A DNA stretch of 64,000 bases from the NCBI GenBank assembly GCA_964438075.1, contig CAYTIW010000007.1:10596-74595 (forward strand), read 5' to 3'. Positions 48,879 to 57,725 of the stretch are shown one piece after another; positions within the stretch are counted from its first letter, which is position 1, and each line of letters starts with the position of its first letter. The notes beneath the pieces are model-generated. The model was not told the DNA's origin, ran no database searches, and was given only the letters and a program-made list of their open reading frames with translations. The stretch is from an uncultured Planctomycetales bacterium. GTDB taxonomy: Bacteria > Omnitrophota > Gorgyraeia > Zapsychrales > Fredricksoniimonadaceae. Both the position numbers and the translations under genes were made by a program.

Positions 48879-49523
48879 TCAATCCTTTAGAGTGGTCAGG
48901 TGGCGAGTGTCCGTGGTCTCGAACTCTTCACTTATGTGATCTACCACTATCCCCATGACCAGAACCGCGATAAAAAGGTCCAGAATGATCCCCATTTCGA
49001 CCAGAAAAGGCATCTTTTTTAAAAGCAAGATGGCAAAGAGAAAGATGCCGTTCTCCAAGACCAGATAACCGACCACCTGGCTGATCGCCTTATTGCGGCC
49101 GACCAGGAGCAAAAAGCCTAAGATCACCAGCAGAAAGGAAGTCGGGATAAGCATGCCGGATATCCCGGCCACAGGAAAGACCAGCCTGGAGGCCAGCAAG
49201 AAGGACCCGATTATAGCCAGGCCGCACAAAAAGAATACCCGGCCAAAACCTATGACCGGATTGATCTCACTGCGAACGGAAACATGCCGGATCGCCCAAA
49301 AAAGGAAATAAGGCATCAGAAAGCCTCTCAAGATAATAGTAGCCGCAGAAACTATAATGATATGGATCTCCAGGTCGTTAAAATACATAAAGAACGGAAC
49401 GGTCCCCAGGACGCACGACTGGAGCCCCAGGATCTGTATCATGGTCCCTAACCGTCGGCTGCCGACTATCAGCAGCCCGAGCATGACGATCAGTATCAAG
49501 ATCGCTTCCAGCCACGCATTCAT
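48879..49523 (-). CDS. HyfE-like small membrane subunit, second module
   Basis: 214 aa with about 7 TM helices. It is the same size as E. coli HyfE and a paralog of the 56132-56785 product (GYLVLENGIFLFAILL vs GYLIMENGIFLFALSL). Confidence 0.75.
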   Translation of the reverse strand: MNAWLEAILILIVMLGLLIVGSRRLGTMIQILGLQSCVLGTVPFFMYFNDLEIHIIIVSAATIILRGFLMPYFLFWAIRHVSVRSEINPVIGFGRVFFLCGLAIIGSFLLASRLVFPVAGISGMLIPTSFLLVILGFLLLVGRNKAISQVVGYLVLENGIFLFAILLLKKMPFLVEMGIILDLFIAVLVMGIVVDHISEEFETTDTRHLTTLKD

Positions 49524-49525
49524 TG

Positions 49526-50443
49526 CTATCTCCTCACCAGCGTAACAATGAGACCGAATATTGACATGATGAACGCCAGCAGCAGTAAATAGACCACCCG
49601 GTTCATGCGCAGGCGCGCCATTGTCGACTCAACGACCCCTATCAAGACCGCAAAGGCGGACATCCCCGCCAGGTACATGGCGGTGTCCTGCCAGATATCC
49701 TTGATCTGGAAAGGAAAGATCATGGAAATGAAAATGCTGCCCAGCAGAAAAAGTTTTATCGCCTTGCCATAAAGGATGTAAGCCAGGTCCACTCCCCCAT
49801 GGTCCAGGACCATGACTTCATGGATCATCGTTAGTTCCAGGTGCGTTTCGGGATCGTCTACCGGTATACGCGAATTCTCCGCCAGCAGGATAAGGAAGAA
49901 GCTACCCAGCACGAGCAAGAGCTCCGGGCCGGCCACTGGCCAGGAAGAGGCCATCTGCCCCACCAGCATATCAGATAGGGAAAGACTTTTTGCCAAGAGG
50001 GCCAGGATCGTGAGATCCAAGAGTAAAGTTATCTCGGATAAACTCGCGAAGGTCGCCTCCCGGCTGGAGCCCATGCCTTCAAAACTGGAGCCGGTATCGA
50101 GGGCGGCTAGTATCGTGACGAAACGCACTACTGCGAAAAGATAGGCGAAGAGCAGCATGTCACCCCAGAATTGAATGGGGGCTTTCAAAGGCCCCAAAGG
50201 GATCACAATAGTGGCAGCCAGCGTAGCGGCCATTGAGATCATGGGTGCCATGCGGAAGATCCAGGTGGTCGTCGAGCTATAGACGCAACCTTTGCGCATT
50301 AATTTAAAAAGATCGAAATAGGGCTGCATCAAAGGCGGTCCCCAGCGGCCGGAAAAAAAGGCCTTGGTCTTGCCAATGATCCCTAAAAGCACTGGTGAAA
50401 GGACCACGACAAATAACATATGTGACAATATATCCACGGTCAT
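49526..50443 (-). CDS. NuoH/HyfC/HycD-like membrane subunit, second module
   Basis: 305 aa. It has QPYFDLFKL, DTGSSFEGMGSSRE and LAENSRIPVDDPETHLELTMIHE, typical of HycD/HyfC. It is a paralog of the 56791-57720 product. Confidence 0.85.
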   Translation of the reverse strand: MTVDILSHMLFVVVLSPVLLGIIGKTKAFFSGRWGPPLMQPYFDLFKLMRKGCVYSSTTTWIFRMAPMISMAATLAATIVIPLGPLKAPIQFWGDMLLFAYLFAVVRFVTILAALDTGSSFEGMGSSREATFASLSEITLLLDLTILALLAKSLSLSDMLVGQMASSWPVAGPELLLVLGSFFLILLAENSRIPVDDPETHLELTMIHEVMVLDHGGVDLAYILYGKAIKLFLLGSIFISMIFPFQIKDIWQDTAMYLAGMSAFAVLIGVVESTMARLRMNRVVYLLLLAFIMSIFGLIVTLVRR

Positions 50444-50444
50444 T

Positions 50445-52427
50445 TTATCCCAATTTCCATATCAACAAGATCAGAAGGAAAGAAAGAACGTACAAAATAT
50501 AACTTTGGGTATGTCCGCTCTGTATCCATTTCAACTTCCAGGAGATCTTTTTGATCCCATAGAACAGCGGCCGGAAGACCAAATATTCCGAAGCATCTTT
50601 CACTGAGGAACTCAAATGGGCCGGGGCCGGGTAATATTTCCGTGTATCGGTGAGCTCGACTTTAAAAAGCAAAATGCTTTTAAAGAAATTTATGATCGAG
50701 GCCGCGAAGGAGGAGGCGGTATATTGCATCCGGGCGGAAGGGTAGGCATAGCCGCAGGTCCACGTCTCCCCCTGTCGAACCGGATAGGCTTGCAGCGCAA
50801 GTTTTCGCAAAAGGGCCAGGATGATGAAAATAAGGGCGCTGATCATTAATATCTTGGTGACCAGAAAAAGCGGAGCAATGACCGTCGCCAGCATGTCATA
50901 AGGGATCACCACGCCAGTGATTGCCTGTGCCGCCTCCAGAGCATAGAAGACCATTACTGCCGGAAAAAGCCCGCCCCAGAAACAAATGGCCGCCAGTGCC
51001 AGCATAGGGCCCCGTAACAGCCAGCCCGGTTCGGCGCAATGATATTCTTTGGCCGCCCGGCTCTTGCCCAGGAAAATGGCGCCGAAAGCCTTGGTAAAGC
51101 AAAGCGCGGCCAGCCCGCCTATCAGCGCCAGGGCGACTATGGCCAGGCTGGAAAAGATCACGCCGTAAATATCCAAACGGAATACGCCTTCCAAAATGGC
51201 CCTGTAGACCAGCCATTCGCTTATAAAACCGTTGAAAAGGGGTAAGCCGCAGATCGAAAATGACCCAATGAGGAAAAGGCCCCCGGTCCAGGGCAGCGCT
51301 TTAATCAATCCCCCCATATCATCCAGAGACCCGGTGTGGGTCGAACGGATAACGGATCCAGCGCTCAGGAACAAAAGCCCCTTGAACAAGGCGTGATTGA
51401 AAGTATGCAACAACGCCCCCGCATAGCCGATGAACGCGACGGATTCTTGTTGGTAGATGTGGCCCGTCAATCCAACCCCGAGCCCGAGTAAAATGATACC
51501 TATATTCTCGATACTGTGGTATGCCAAAAGTTTCTTTACTTCATGCTGTCCCAGGGCGTATAACACCCCCCCTACTCCGGAAATAACAGCCAGGGCCAGC
51601 AGAAATATCCCGCACCACAAGGGGAGATCATGGATGATAGCGATAATACGCATCAGGCCGTAAATACCGATCTTGATCACGACCCCGGACAACAAGGCGG
51701 AAATGTGGGTCGGGGCGGCCGGATGGGCATATGGTAACCAGATATGCAAAGGGATCATGCCGGCCTTGGCGCCAAAACCGACCAGGGCCAGTAAAAAGAT
51801 CAATGCCGCCGAGCCTAAAGGGAATTGCGTGGCCCGCATCACATCGAAATCCAGGGAGCCCGCCTGGGCTCCCATCAGAAGGAACATGCCCAGCAGGCAA
51901 AAAGTCGCGCTATGCGTGGCTATCAGATAAATATATCCTGCCCGCTGGACCGTTTCCTTTTCATTATAAAAAGTGACAAGAAAATAAGAAACGAACGTCA
52001 TCAGTTCCCAGGCCACGAGGAATATAAAAACACCTTTGGCCACCAAAATGAGGGCGATGGCCATGATCAGCAGATGATAGAGCGCGAAATGCACTCCGAT
52101 GTTCCTTTGACCGCCGTACTCCCGTAAATAACCATAGCCATATATTCCGGCAGCCAAGGCAAGGAGGAAAACCAATAAAAGGAAAAAAGCGCTTAAAACG
52201 TCCATCCCGATATGGAAAGTCCCTAAAGGGATCTGCCAATGGGCCCTGAAATCCCACGCCAGTGCCGGTTTACACAATATCTCGAGGGCGGACAGAAGAC
52301 CCAGGCCGCAGCCGATGACCAGAGAGCCCAGAAAGATATGACCTGAAATTATTTTACAGCGCGCAGACAGCAATATCGCGAGTGAGGCGAGCGTTAAAAC
52401 GGCGAGGCTTGATAATAGGAGTACCAT
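50445..52427 (-). CDS. Antiporter-like subunit (NuoL/HyfB/HycC-like), second module
   Basis: 660 aa and polytopic. It has GFGAKAGMIPLHIWLPYAHPAAPTHISALLSGV and is a paralog of the 57726-59558 product. Confidence 0.85.
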   Translation of the reverse strand: MVLLLSSLAVLTLASLAILLSARCKIISGHIFLGSLVIGCGLGLLSALEILCKPALAWDFRAHWQIPLGTFHIGMDVLSAFFLLLVFLLALAAGIYGYGYLREYGGQRNIGVHFALYHLLIMAIALILVAKGVFIFLVAWELMTFVSYFLVTFYNEKETVQRAGYIYLIATHSATFCLLGMFLLMGAQAGSLDFDVMRATQFPLGSAALIFLLALVGFGAKAGMIPLHIWLPYAHPAAPTHISALLSGVVIKIGIYGLMRIIAIIHDLPLWCGIFLLALAVISGVGGVLYALGQHEVKKLLAYHSIENIGIILLGLGVGLTGHIYQQESVAFIGYAGALLHTFNHALFKGLLFLSAGSVIRSTHTGSLDDMGGLIKALPWTGGLFLIGSFSICGLPLFNGFISEWLVYRAILEGVFRLDIYGVIFSSLAIVALALIGGLAALCFTKAFGAIFLGKSRAAKEYHCAEPGWLLRGPMLALAAICFWGGLFPAVMVFYALEAAQAITGVVIPYDMLATVIAPLFLVTKILMISALIFIILALLRKLALQAYPVRQGETWTCGYAYPSARMQYTASSFAASIINFFKSILLFKVELTDTRKYYPAPAHLSSSVKDASEYLVFRPLFYGIKKISWKLKWIQSGHTQSYILYVLSFLLILLIWKLG

Positions 52428-52494
52428 GTTTTTTTATTACCGTCCTGGCCTAGGCAAATCGCGCAAGTTCACGGGAGTTGCCCGGTCTATTCCC

Positions 52495-53169
52495 TTAAGT
52501 CTTTATCCTGGCCAGCAATCGTAAAAACCCGTCCAGGATGGTCAACGGATGCGGCGGGCAGCCAGGGATAAAGAGGTCGACAGGCAGAATGCCGTCCAGC
52601 CCCTTTGATGTTTCCGGGCTGCCGGCAAATATCCCCCCGGAGACCGCGCAGGCCCCGACCGCTACCACGATCTTAGGGTCGGGCGTGGCTTCGTAAGTTT
52701 TAAGAAGCGCTTCTTTCATGTTGCGCGTTATAGGCCCGGTCACCACAATCCCGTCTGCATGTCTGGGTGAGGCCACGAACTGAATGCCGAAACGACTGAG
52801 ATCGAAGACCGGGGTGTTCAGCACGTTTATGTCCGCTTCGCAGGCATTGCATCCGCCTGCTGACACTTGGCGCAGCTTGAGCGATCGGCCGAAAATACGC
52901 AGCATCTCCTGTTTGAGGGACCGCGCTAACGCGAGCTCCTCCCCCCTGAGGACCAGGTCGCTTCGCCGGCCGACGGCCATCCGGTAGTCGTTGGAATAGT
53001 TCACCCCGCCGTCCGGGATGAAGGTCATTGTCCCCAGGTCCAGTCCTTCCGGGTTCCCGGCGATGATAGGCCGCCCGCGGTAGCGTGCGGGCAGGGCCGG
53101 TGGAGGTATTCGAGGGAATTTAAGCGTCCTGCATCCTTGCAAAAACCGCGTCTTGATGATTTTCAACAT
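52495..53169 (-). CDS. NuoB/HycG-like small subunit ([4Fe-4S] carrier)
   Basis: 224 aa. Four cluster Cys are retained: GGCNACEAD, VGACAVSGG and IPGCPPHP. SPRHADGIVVTGP is also present. Confidence 0.88.
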   Translation of the reverse strand: MLKIIKTRFLQGCRTLKFPRIPPPALPARYRGRPIIAGNPEGLDLGTMTFIPDGGVNYSNDYRMAVGRRSDLVLRGEELALARSLKQEMLRIFGRSLKLRQVSAGGCNACEADINVLNTPVFDLSRFGIQFVASPRHADGIVVTGPITRNMKEALLKTYEATPDPKIVVAVGACAVSGGIFAGSPETSKGLDGILPVDLFIPGCPPHPLTILDGFLRLLARIKT

Positions 53170-53177
53170 AATGTCAC

Positions 53178-54689
53178 CTATAGGTCATGCCCACAATATG
53201 AAAGATTGAAACTCTTGTTGCACAGAGGGAAATCCGAGATCTCCTGGTTACGGACCGCCAGGCTGAGACCGAACCAGTTGTGGAAAGAAGGGTCTTTGAT
53301 CTTATAACGTGCAAAACCGCCCTGGGCGTCCGTGATGCCGACATGAGCGATCTCTCCGCGCCATCCCTCCACTAAGGCTAAGGCCAAGGTGTCAGGCCTC
53401 ATCGGCCCCGGCTGGGTGAAAATTTCGCCCTTGGGCAAGGATGGCAGCACCCTTAACAGGAATTCGAAGGAGCGCGAAATCTCTTGCCTTCTTACCAGGG
53501 CCCGCGCATAGACATCACCCGTAGCGGCCAGAGAGATCGGGATGTGGTGGAACTGCCACATACCGGAGGAATAGTTGATCCGAACATCGCGCTCCAGCTG
53601 GCTGGCACGGCCCGCCGGGCCGACCAGTCCGATCTTTTTGGCGTTGCGCGGTGAGACGGTTCCCGCGCCTTCAAAACGCGCCAGGACCGAAGCCCGGGTG
53701 AACAAAAGGTCGCTGGTATAGTCAAATTCTTTACGGTATTGCTCCAGCTTACGGCAAAAGTCTTTAGCCAGGTCTGGGTCAATGTCGAACAGCACCCCGC
53801 CCGGTCGGCACAATCCCTTGCCGAAACGGTTCCCGGTCAGCGCCAGAAGCAGGTTGAGGTAATCCCCGCGCATGCGGCCGAAATAGGCGCTGGTCGGGAG
53901 GAACCCGGTGTCCATCCCCAGCGCGCCAAGGTCACCCATATGATTAGCCAGGCGTTCCAGTTCCAGGGCCACTGCCCGTATAGCCTGCGCCCGGGGCGAT
54001 ATCATGCAACCAGCCAAAGACTCCGCCACTTCACAAAAAGCCGAGGAATGACCGATCGTAGTGTCTCCCGCGATCGATTCGCTCAAAAGGACACTGCGTT
54101 TCAGATCGGCACCCTGCATCAGGGGTTCTATCCCGCGGTGCTGATATCCCAGCTGTATCTCCAGATGGAGGATCTCCTCGCCGTGGCACTGGAAGCGGAA
54201 ATGCCCCGGCTCTATTATTCCGGCATGCACCGGGCCCACGCCCACTTCATGGACCTCCTCTCCTCCCACCGTGTAGAAGGGATAATCGCCGGGGATAGTT
54301 TTCTGGGCGATATTAGGCCAGATGTCCGGTACCCCTCGATAATTCGAATGGTAACGGAGAGGTTTGAGCCAGGGGTGGCCTTCCGGGGTGATGGCCCATT
54401 GCTCCGCTATCTCGCGCTCGAACCAGTGTGCCTGCATAAGGTCTTTGGTCAGGGATTCATAGCGGGGGTACTGGGCCGATATCCTCGTAGACAATATTTT
54501 CAAGATGGATTCTTCGTCTTGTCCCAGGACCGCAAAGAGGCGGACGGATCCGTCGCGGTCCAGCGCCCCGAAAAGGTTGACCAGCCGCACATCGCCCCGG
54601 CAGCGACGGACGACCTCGTGCCGGAATTCATTGGCCGTTAAAAGCGGGATATCCGCCAGCGCAATATTTGCTCCATTGAACAAGTCCAT
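53178..54689 (-). CDS. NuoC-NuoD fused large subunit (HycE/HyfG-like) lacking the NiFe-ligating cysteines
   Basis: 503 aa. The NuoC signature is HWFEREIAEQWAITPEGHPWLKPLR. The NuoD/HycE core is VGPVHAGIIEPGHFRF...LGYQHRGIE. At the L1 position AGDTTIGH (54048-54071) replaces CGICxxxH. At the C-terminus NLSYCGHDL (53181-53207) replaces DPCxxCxDR. Confidence 0.85.
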   Translation of the reverse strand: MDLFNGANIALADIPLLTANEFRHEVVRRCRGDVRLVNLFGALDRDGSVRLFAVLGQDEESILKILSTRISAQYPRYESLTKDLMQAHWFEREIAEQWAITPEGHPWLKPLRYHSNYRGVPDIWPNIAQKTIPGDYPFYTVGGEEVHEVGVGPVHAGIIEPGHFRFQCHGEEILHLEIQLGYQHRGIEPLMQGADLKRSVLLSESIAGDTTIGHSSAFCEVAESLAGCMISPRAQAIRAVALELERLANHMGDLGALGMDTGFLPTSAYFGRMRGDYLNLLLALTGNRFGKGLCRPGGVLFDIDPDLAKDFCRKLEQYRKEFDYTSDLLFTRASVLARFEGAGTVSPRNAKKIGLVGPAGRASQLERDVRINYSSGMWQFHHIPISLAATGDVYARALVRRQEISRSFEFLLRVLPSLPKGEIFTQPGPMRPDTLALALVEGWRGEIAHVGITDAQGGFARYKIKDPSFHNWFGLSLAVRNQEISDFPLCNKSFNLSYCGHDL

Positions 54690-54719
54690 ATCAACCTGCC
54701 TTTTGAAAGCTTGGTAGCT

Positions 54720-56132
54720 TTAAGTCCCTATGATGAACGACACTGCCTCATTCAGTATGTTACCCAAAGCTCGCGGCATCCACAAGCCGATCCCGGCCAG
54801 CACCGCTATCGCCAGGGCTATGGCGGCGTTCATGTAAATATTTTCTTTCTTGGCCAGGACCGGTTCCGTCGGCTGCCCATGCGCGACATCCAGGGCAATG
54901 CGGGCTATACCGATGAACATAAAGGCCAGACAAACGACGCTGATCGCGGCCAGAACATAATGCCCGGATATCACCGAGGCATTGATTATTAATAGTTCGC
55001 TGTGGAAAGTGGCAAAAGGGAATACCCCTGTCCCGGCCAAGAACGATATAAGAAGAAAGATCCCCGTCACTGGGTAGACATGGATCACTCCTCGGACTTC
55101 GTCCACGCGCGAGGAACCGTATTTCTGGGCGATAGATCCGGCGGTCAGGAACATGATCACCTTGGCCAAAGCATTATTGATCATATGGAAAAGAGCGCCC
55201 AGGATCCCTACCCCGCCCAGGCCCAGGCCCAGCGCCAATATCCCCATATGTTCGATCGAGGAATAGGCAAAAGCCCGCTTGAGATTGCGCTCGCTCAGGA
55301 TGAAGACGGCCGGCACCGCCAGGGAGAGGATACCGGTAACGATCAGTATCGAAGAGTAAAATTCGCTCAGGCCGGTACGCGAGCATATCTGGGCCACCCG
55401 CAATAACCCCAGAAAAGCGCATTGTGTGACAGCGCCCGCCATGAGAACGCCCACCATGCCGGTGGCCTGCCCGTAAGCTTCGGGTTTCCAGCTGTGCGTC
55501 GGGGCCAGCCCCATCTTACAGCCATATCCTACCAGCAGGAAAATGACGCTCAATTTAAGCCAGTTCACCGCCAGGTCCGGGGCATTGTGCAGCAAGGAGG
55601 GTAAAAGCAACGTATGGACCTCGTGCGCCGCTATGCCCAGGAAGAACGTCCCCATCAACGCCAGGGCGATGCCGACGGAACAAACGATAAGGTATTTCCA
55701 GGTCGCTTCCAGGGTCTGCCGGTTGCTGTGGAAACTGATCAAGGGCGCGCTGAATAATGTCGTAGTCTCGATCGCCACCCATAAGAGCCCCATGTGATAA
55801 CTGACCGCCACCAAGCTCATGGCGGACAGCAAGAACAATAAACAAGCGACAAAGGTCCGGTTACTCCTTTGTTCATGTTCAAAATAGCCGACCATGAAAA
55901 CGGCCACGCTGACATAAAGGAAACTGCAGATGGAAAGCAGGATCAAGCCCAGCGGGTCCAGTACCAAGAATCCATTCCATTCCGCCGGAGGATGTTTCCA
56001 CCAGAAGGTGGCTACCGCCACAGCATGCGTCAGTGACACGGCACCCAGCAGATACAAACGGTATTGATTCCTTACCGGCAAGAAGGCCAAGATAGCACTC
56101 AGGAATGGGAAGAGTATCAAGCAGGACAGCAT
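54720..56132 (-). CDS. Antiporter-like subunit (NuoN/HyfF-like), first membrane module
   Basis: 470 aa and polytopic, with KMGLAPTHSWKPEAYGQATGMVGVLMAG. The start overlaps the upstream stop (TGATG). Confidence 0.85.
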   Translation of the reverse strand: MLSCLILFPFLSAILAFLPVRNQYRLYLLGAVSLTHAVAVATFWWKHPPAEWNGFLVLDPLGLILLSICSFLYVSVAVFMVGYFEHEQRSNRTFVACLLFLLSAMSLVAVSYHMGLLWVAIETTTLFSAPLISFHSNRQTLEATWKYLIVCSVGIALALMGTFFLGIAAHEVHTLLLPSLLHNAPDLAVNWLKLSVIFLLVGYGCKMGLAPTHSWKPEAYGQATGMVGVLMAGAVTQCAFLGLLRVAQICSRTGLSEFYSSILIVTGILSLAVPAVFILSERNLKRAFAYSSIEHMGILALGLGLGGVGILGALFHMINNALAKVIMFLTAGSIAQKYGSSRVDEVRGVIHVYPVTGIFLLISFLAGTGVFPFATFHSELLIINASVISGHYVLAAISVVCLAFMFIGIARIALDVAHGQPTEPVLAKKENIYMNAAIALAIAVLAGIGLWMPRALGNILNEAVSFIIGT

Positions 56133-56785
56133 CAGAAACTTTCTCCCATCTTGCCTCGGCTCAATGACGCCGGTGAGCTTTCGAACGATTCATTGATGTG
56201 ATTCACCACAATGGCCATGATGAACACGGCCACGAATATATCCAGCAATATGCCCATTTCGATCAAGGCCGGCATGACGTCGAACAAGGACAAGGCAAAA
56301 AGGAAGATCCCGTTCTCCATGATGAGATAACCCAGCACCTGGGTCACCGCCCTGGTCCGTGTCACCATCAGCAAGAACCCCAAAAGCACGGTCGACAAGG
56401 CGCAGGGGAACAACAGGTCAGCCGGCGGCCTGCCCGGGAGCGGCAGCGATAAGGAAAGCCAGAACGCGCCCGCTATCACCAGCGCCCCGCCGATAATGGA
56501 GGCCCCAGGACCGATGACCGGCCTGATCTCGGACCGCATGGACACATGCCGGATAGCCCAGAACAGAATGTAAGGGACCAGGATGCCTTTGAGTACTATC
56601 GTGCCGATAGAGAGCATCAGGTCGCGGCCTTCGATGGCATCGGCATGCAGGAACAACGGCATCATCCCTAGCACGAAAGACTGGGCCGCAAAGATTTTGA
56701 TCATCCCTCCGATCCGGCACGTCGAAAGAACGGCCAGGGCAGAAAATACGATCAAGATAGCGCCAGCGTCGATCCACGTGGTCAT
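56132..56785 (-). CDS. HyfE-like small membrane subunit, first module
   Basis: I prefer the ATG at 56785 (MTTWIDAGAILIVF, which aligns with MNAWLEAILILIVM of the paralog; GGAGGGGGG upstream). The track uses GTG at 56806. Confidence 0.75.
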   Translation of the reverse strand: MTTWIDAGAILIVFSALAVLSTCRIGGMIKIFAAQSFVLGMMPLFLHADAIEGRDLMLSIGTIVLKGILVPYILFWAIRHVSMRSEIRPVIGPGASIIGGALVIAGAFWLSLSLPLPGRPPADLLFPCALSTVLLGFLLMVTRTRAVTQVLGYLIMENGIFLFALSLFDVMPALIEMGILLDIFVAVFIMAIVVNHINESFESSPASLSRGKMGESF

Positions 56786-56790
56786 GTTAT

Positions 56791-57720
56791 TTACGCCCCC
56801 CTCCACATCGTTACGATGAACCCGAAGAAAGCCAGCACGAAGGCGATCAGAAGCAGATTGCGGACACGGTTAAGGCGCAAACGTGCCATGGAGGACTCGA
56901 CCATGCCTACCGCCATCGCGACGACCGTCAGGCCGCAAAAGAAAAGCACGGTATCCGTCCAGAGATGCCCCGTCGGTATTGGAAGTATTATGGACACCAG
57001 GATAGAGCTGAATAACATGAACTTGGCAGCCGAAGCGTAAAGCAGGTAGCCCAGGTCTACCCCGCTATGGTCCAGAATCATGACCTCATGGACCATGGTG
57101 AGCTCAAGATGGGTGTCCGGGTCATCGACCGGGATGCGGCAATTTTCGGCCAGCAGAACGATAAAAATACTTGCCACGACCAATAGAAGTGCCGGGCCGA
57201 GCAATCGCCAGGACACGGGTATGTCCGCGCCTATCATCTGGGACAGGGAGATGTCGTTTGCCAGGAGCGCCAGGGTTATGAAATTCATGAACAGGGCCAG
57301 TTCCGCCAGGCAGGAAAAGAAAGCCTCCCGGCTGGCCCCCATTCCCTCAAAACTGGACCCCGTATCCATTGCCGCCGAGATCTGGAAGAAGCGGGCCAGC
57401 GCCAGTATGTAGGCGGCTAGTATGATATCGCCGGAGAACTGTACCGGAGCCTTGAAGGCTCCCAAGGGGATTAGCAAGGACAGCAGGAGGACCGCCGCCA
57501 GCCCCACTATCGGTGCGCTGCGGAAGACCCATGTGGTGGTACGGCTGTATACCGAAGCCTTCCGGAAAAGCCGGCCGAGGTCGAAATAAGGCTGAAAAAG
57601 CGACGGGCCCTCCTTCCCGGCGAAGAAGGCCTTTACCTTGTTGATCACGCCGATGAAAAAAGGCGCGCACATAAGCACGATCAGCCAGTGCAATAATATT
57701 GAGAAGCAGGTGCTCCACAT
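56791..57720 (-). CDS. NuoH/HyfC/HycD-like membrane subunit, first module
   Basis: 309 aa with QPYFDLGRL, DTGSSFEGMGASRE and LAENCRIPVDDPDTHLELTMVHE. Confidence 0.85.
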   Translation of the reverse strand: MWSTCFSILLHWLIVLMCAPFFIGVINKVKAFFAGKEGPSLFQPYFDLGRLFRKASVYSRTTTWVFRSAPIVGLAAVLLLSLLIPLGAFKAPVQFSGDIILAAYILALARFFQISAAMDTGSSFEGMGASREAFFSCLAELALFMNFITLALLANDISLSQMIGADIPVSWRLLGPALLLVVASIFIVLLAENCRIPVDDPDTHLELTMVHEVMILDHSGVDLGYLLYASAAKFMLFSSILVSIILPIPTGHLWTDTVLFFCGLTVVAMAVGMVESSMARLRLNRVRNLLLIAFVLAFFGFIVTMWRGA

Positions 57721-57725
57721 AGCGG

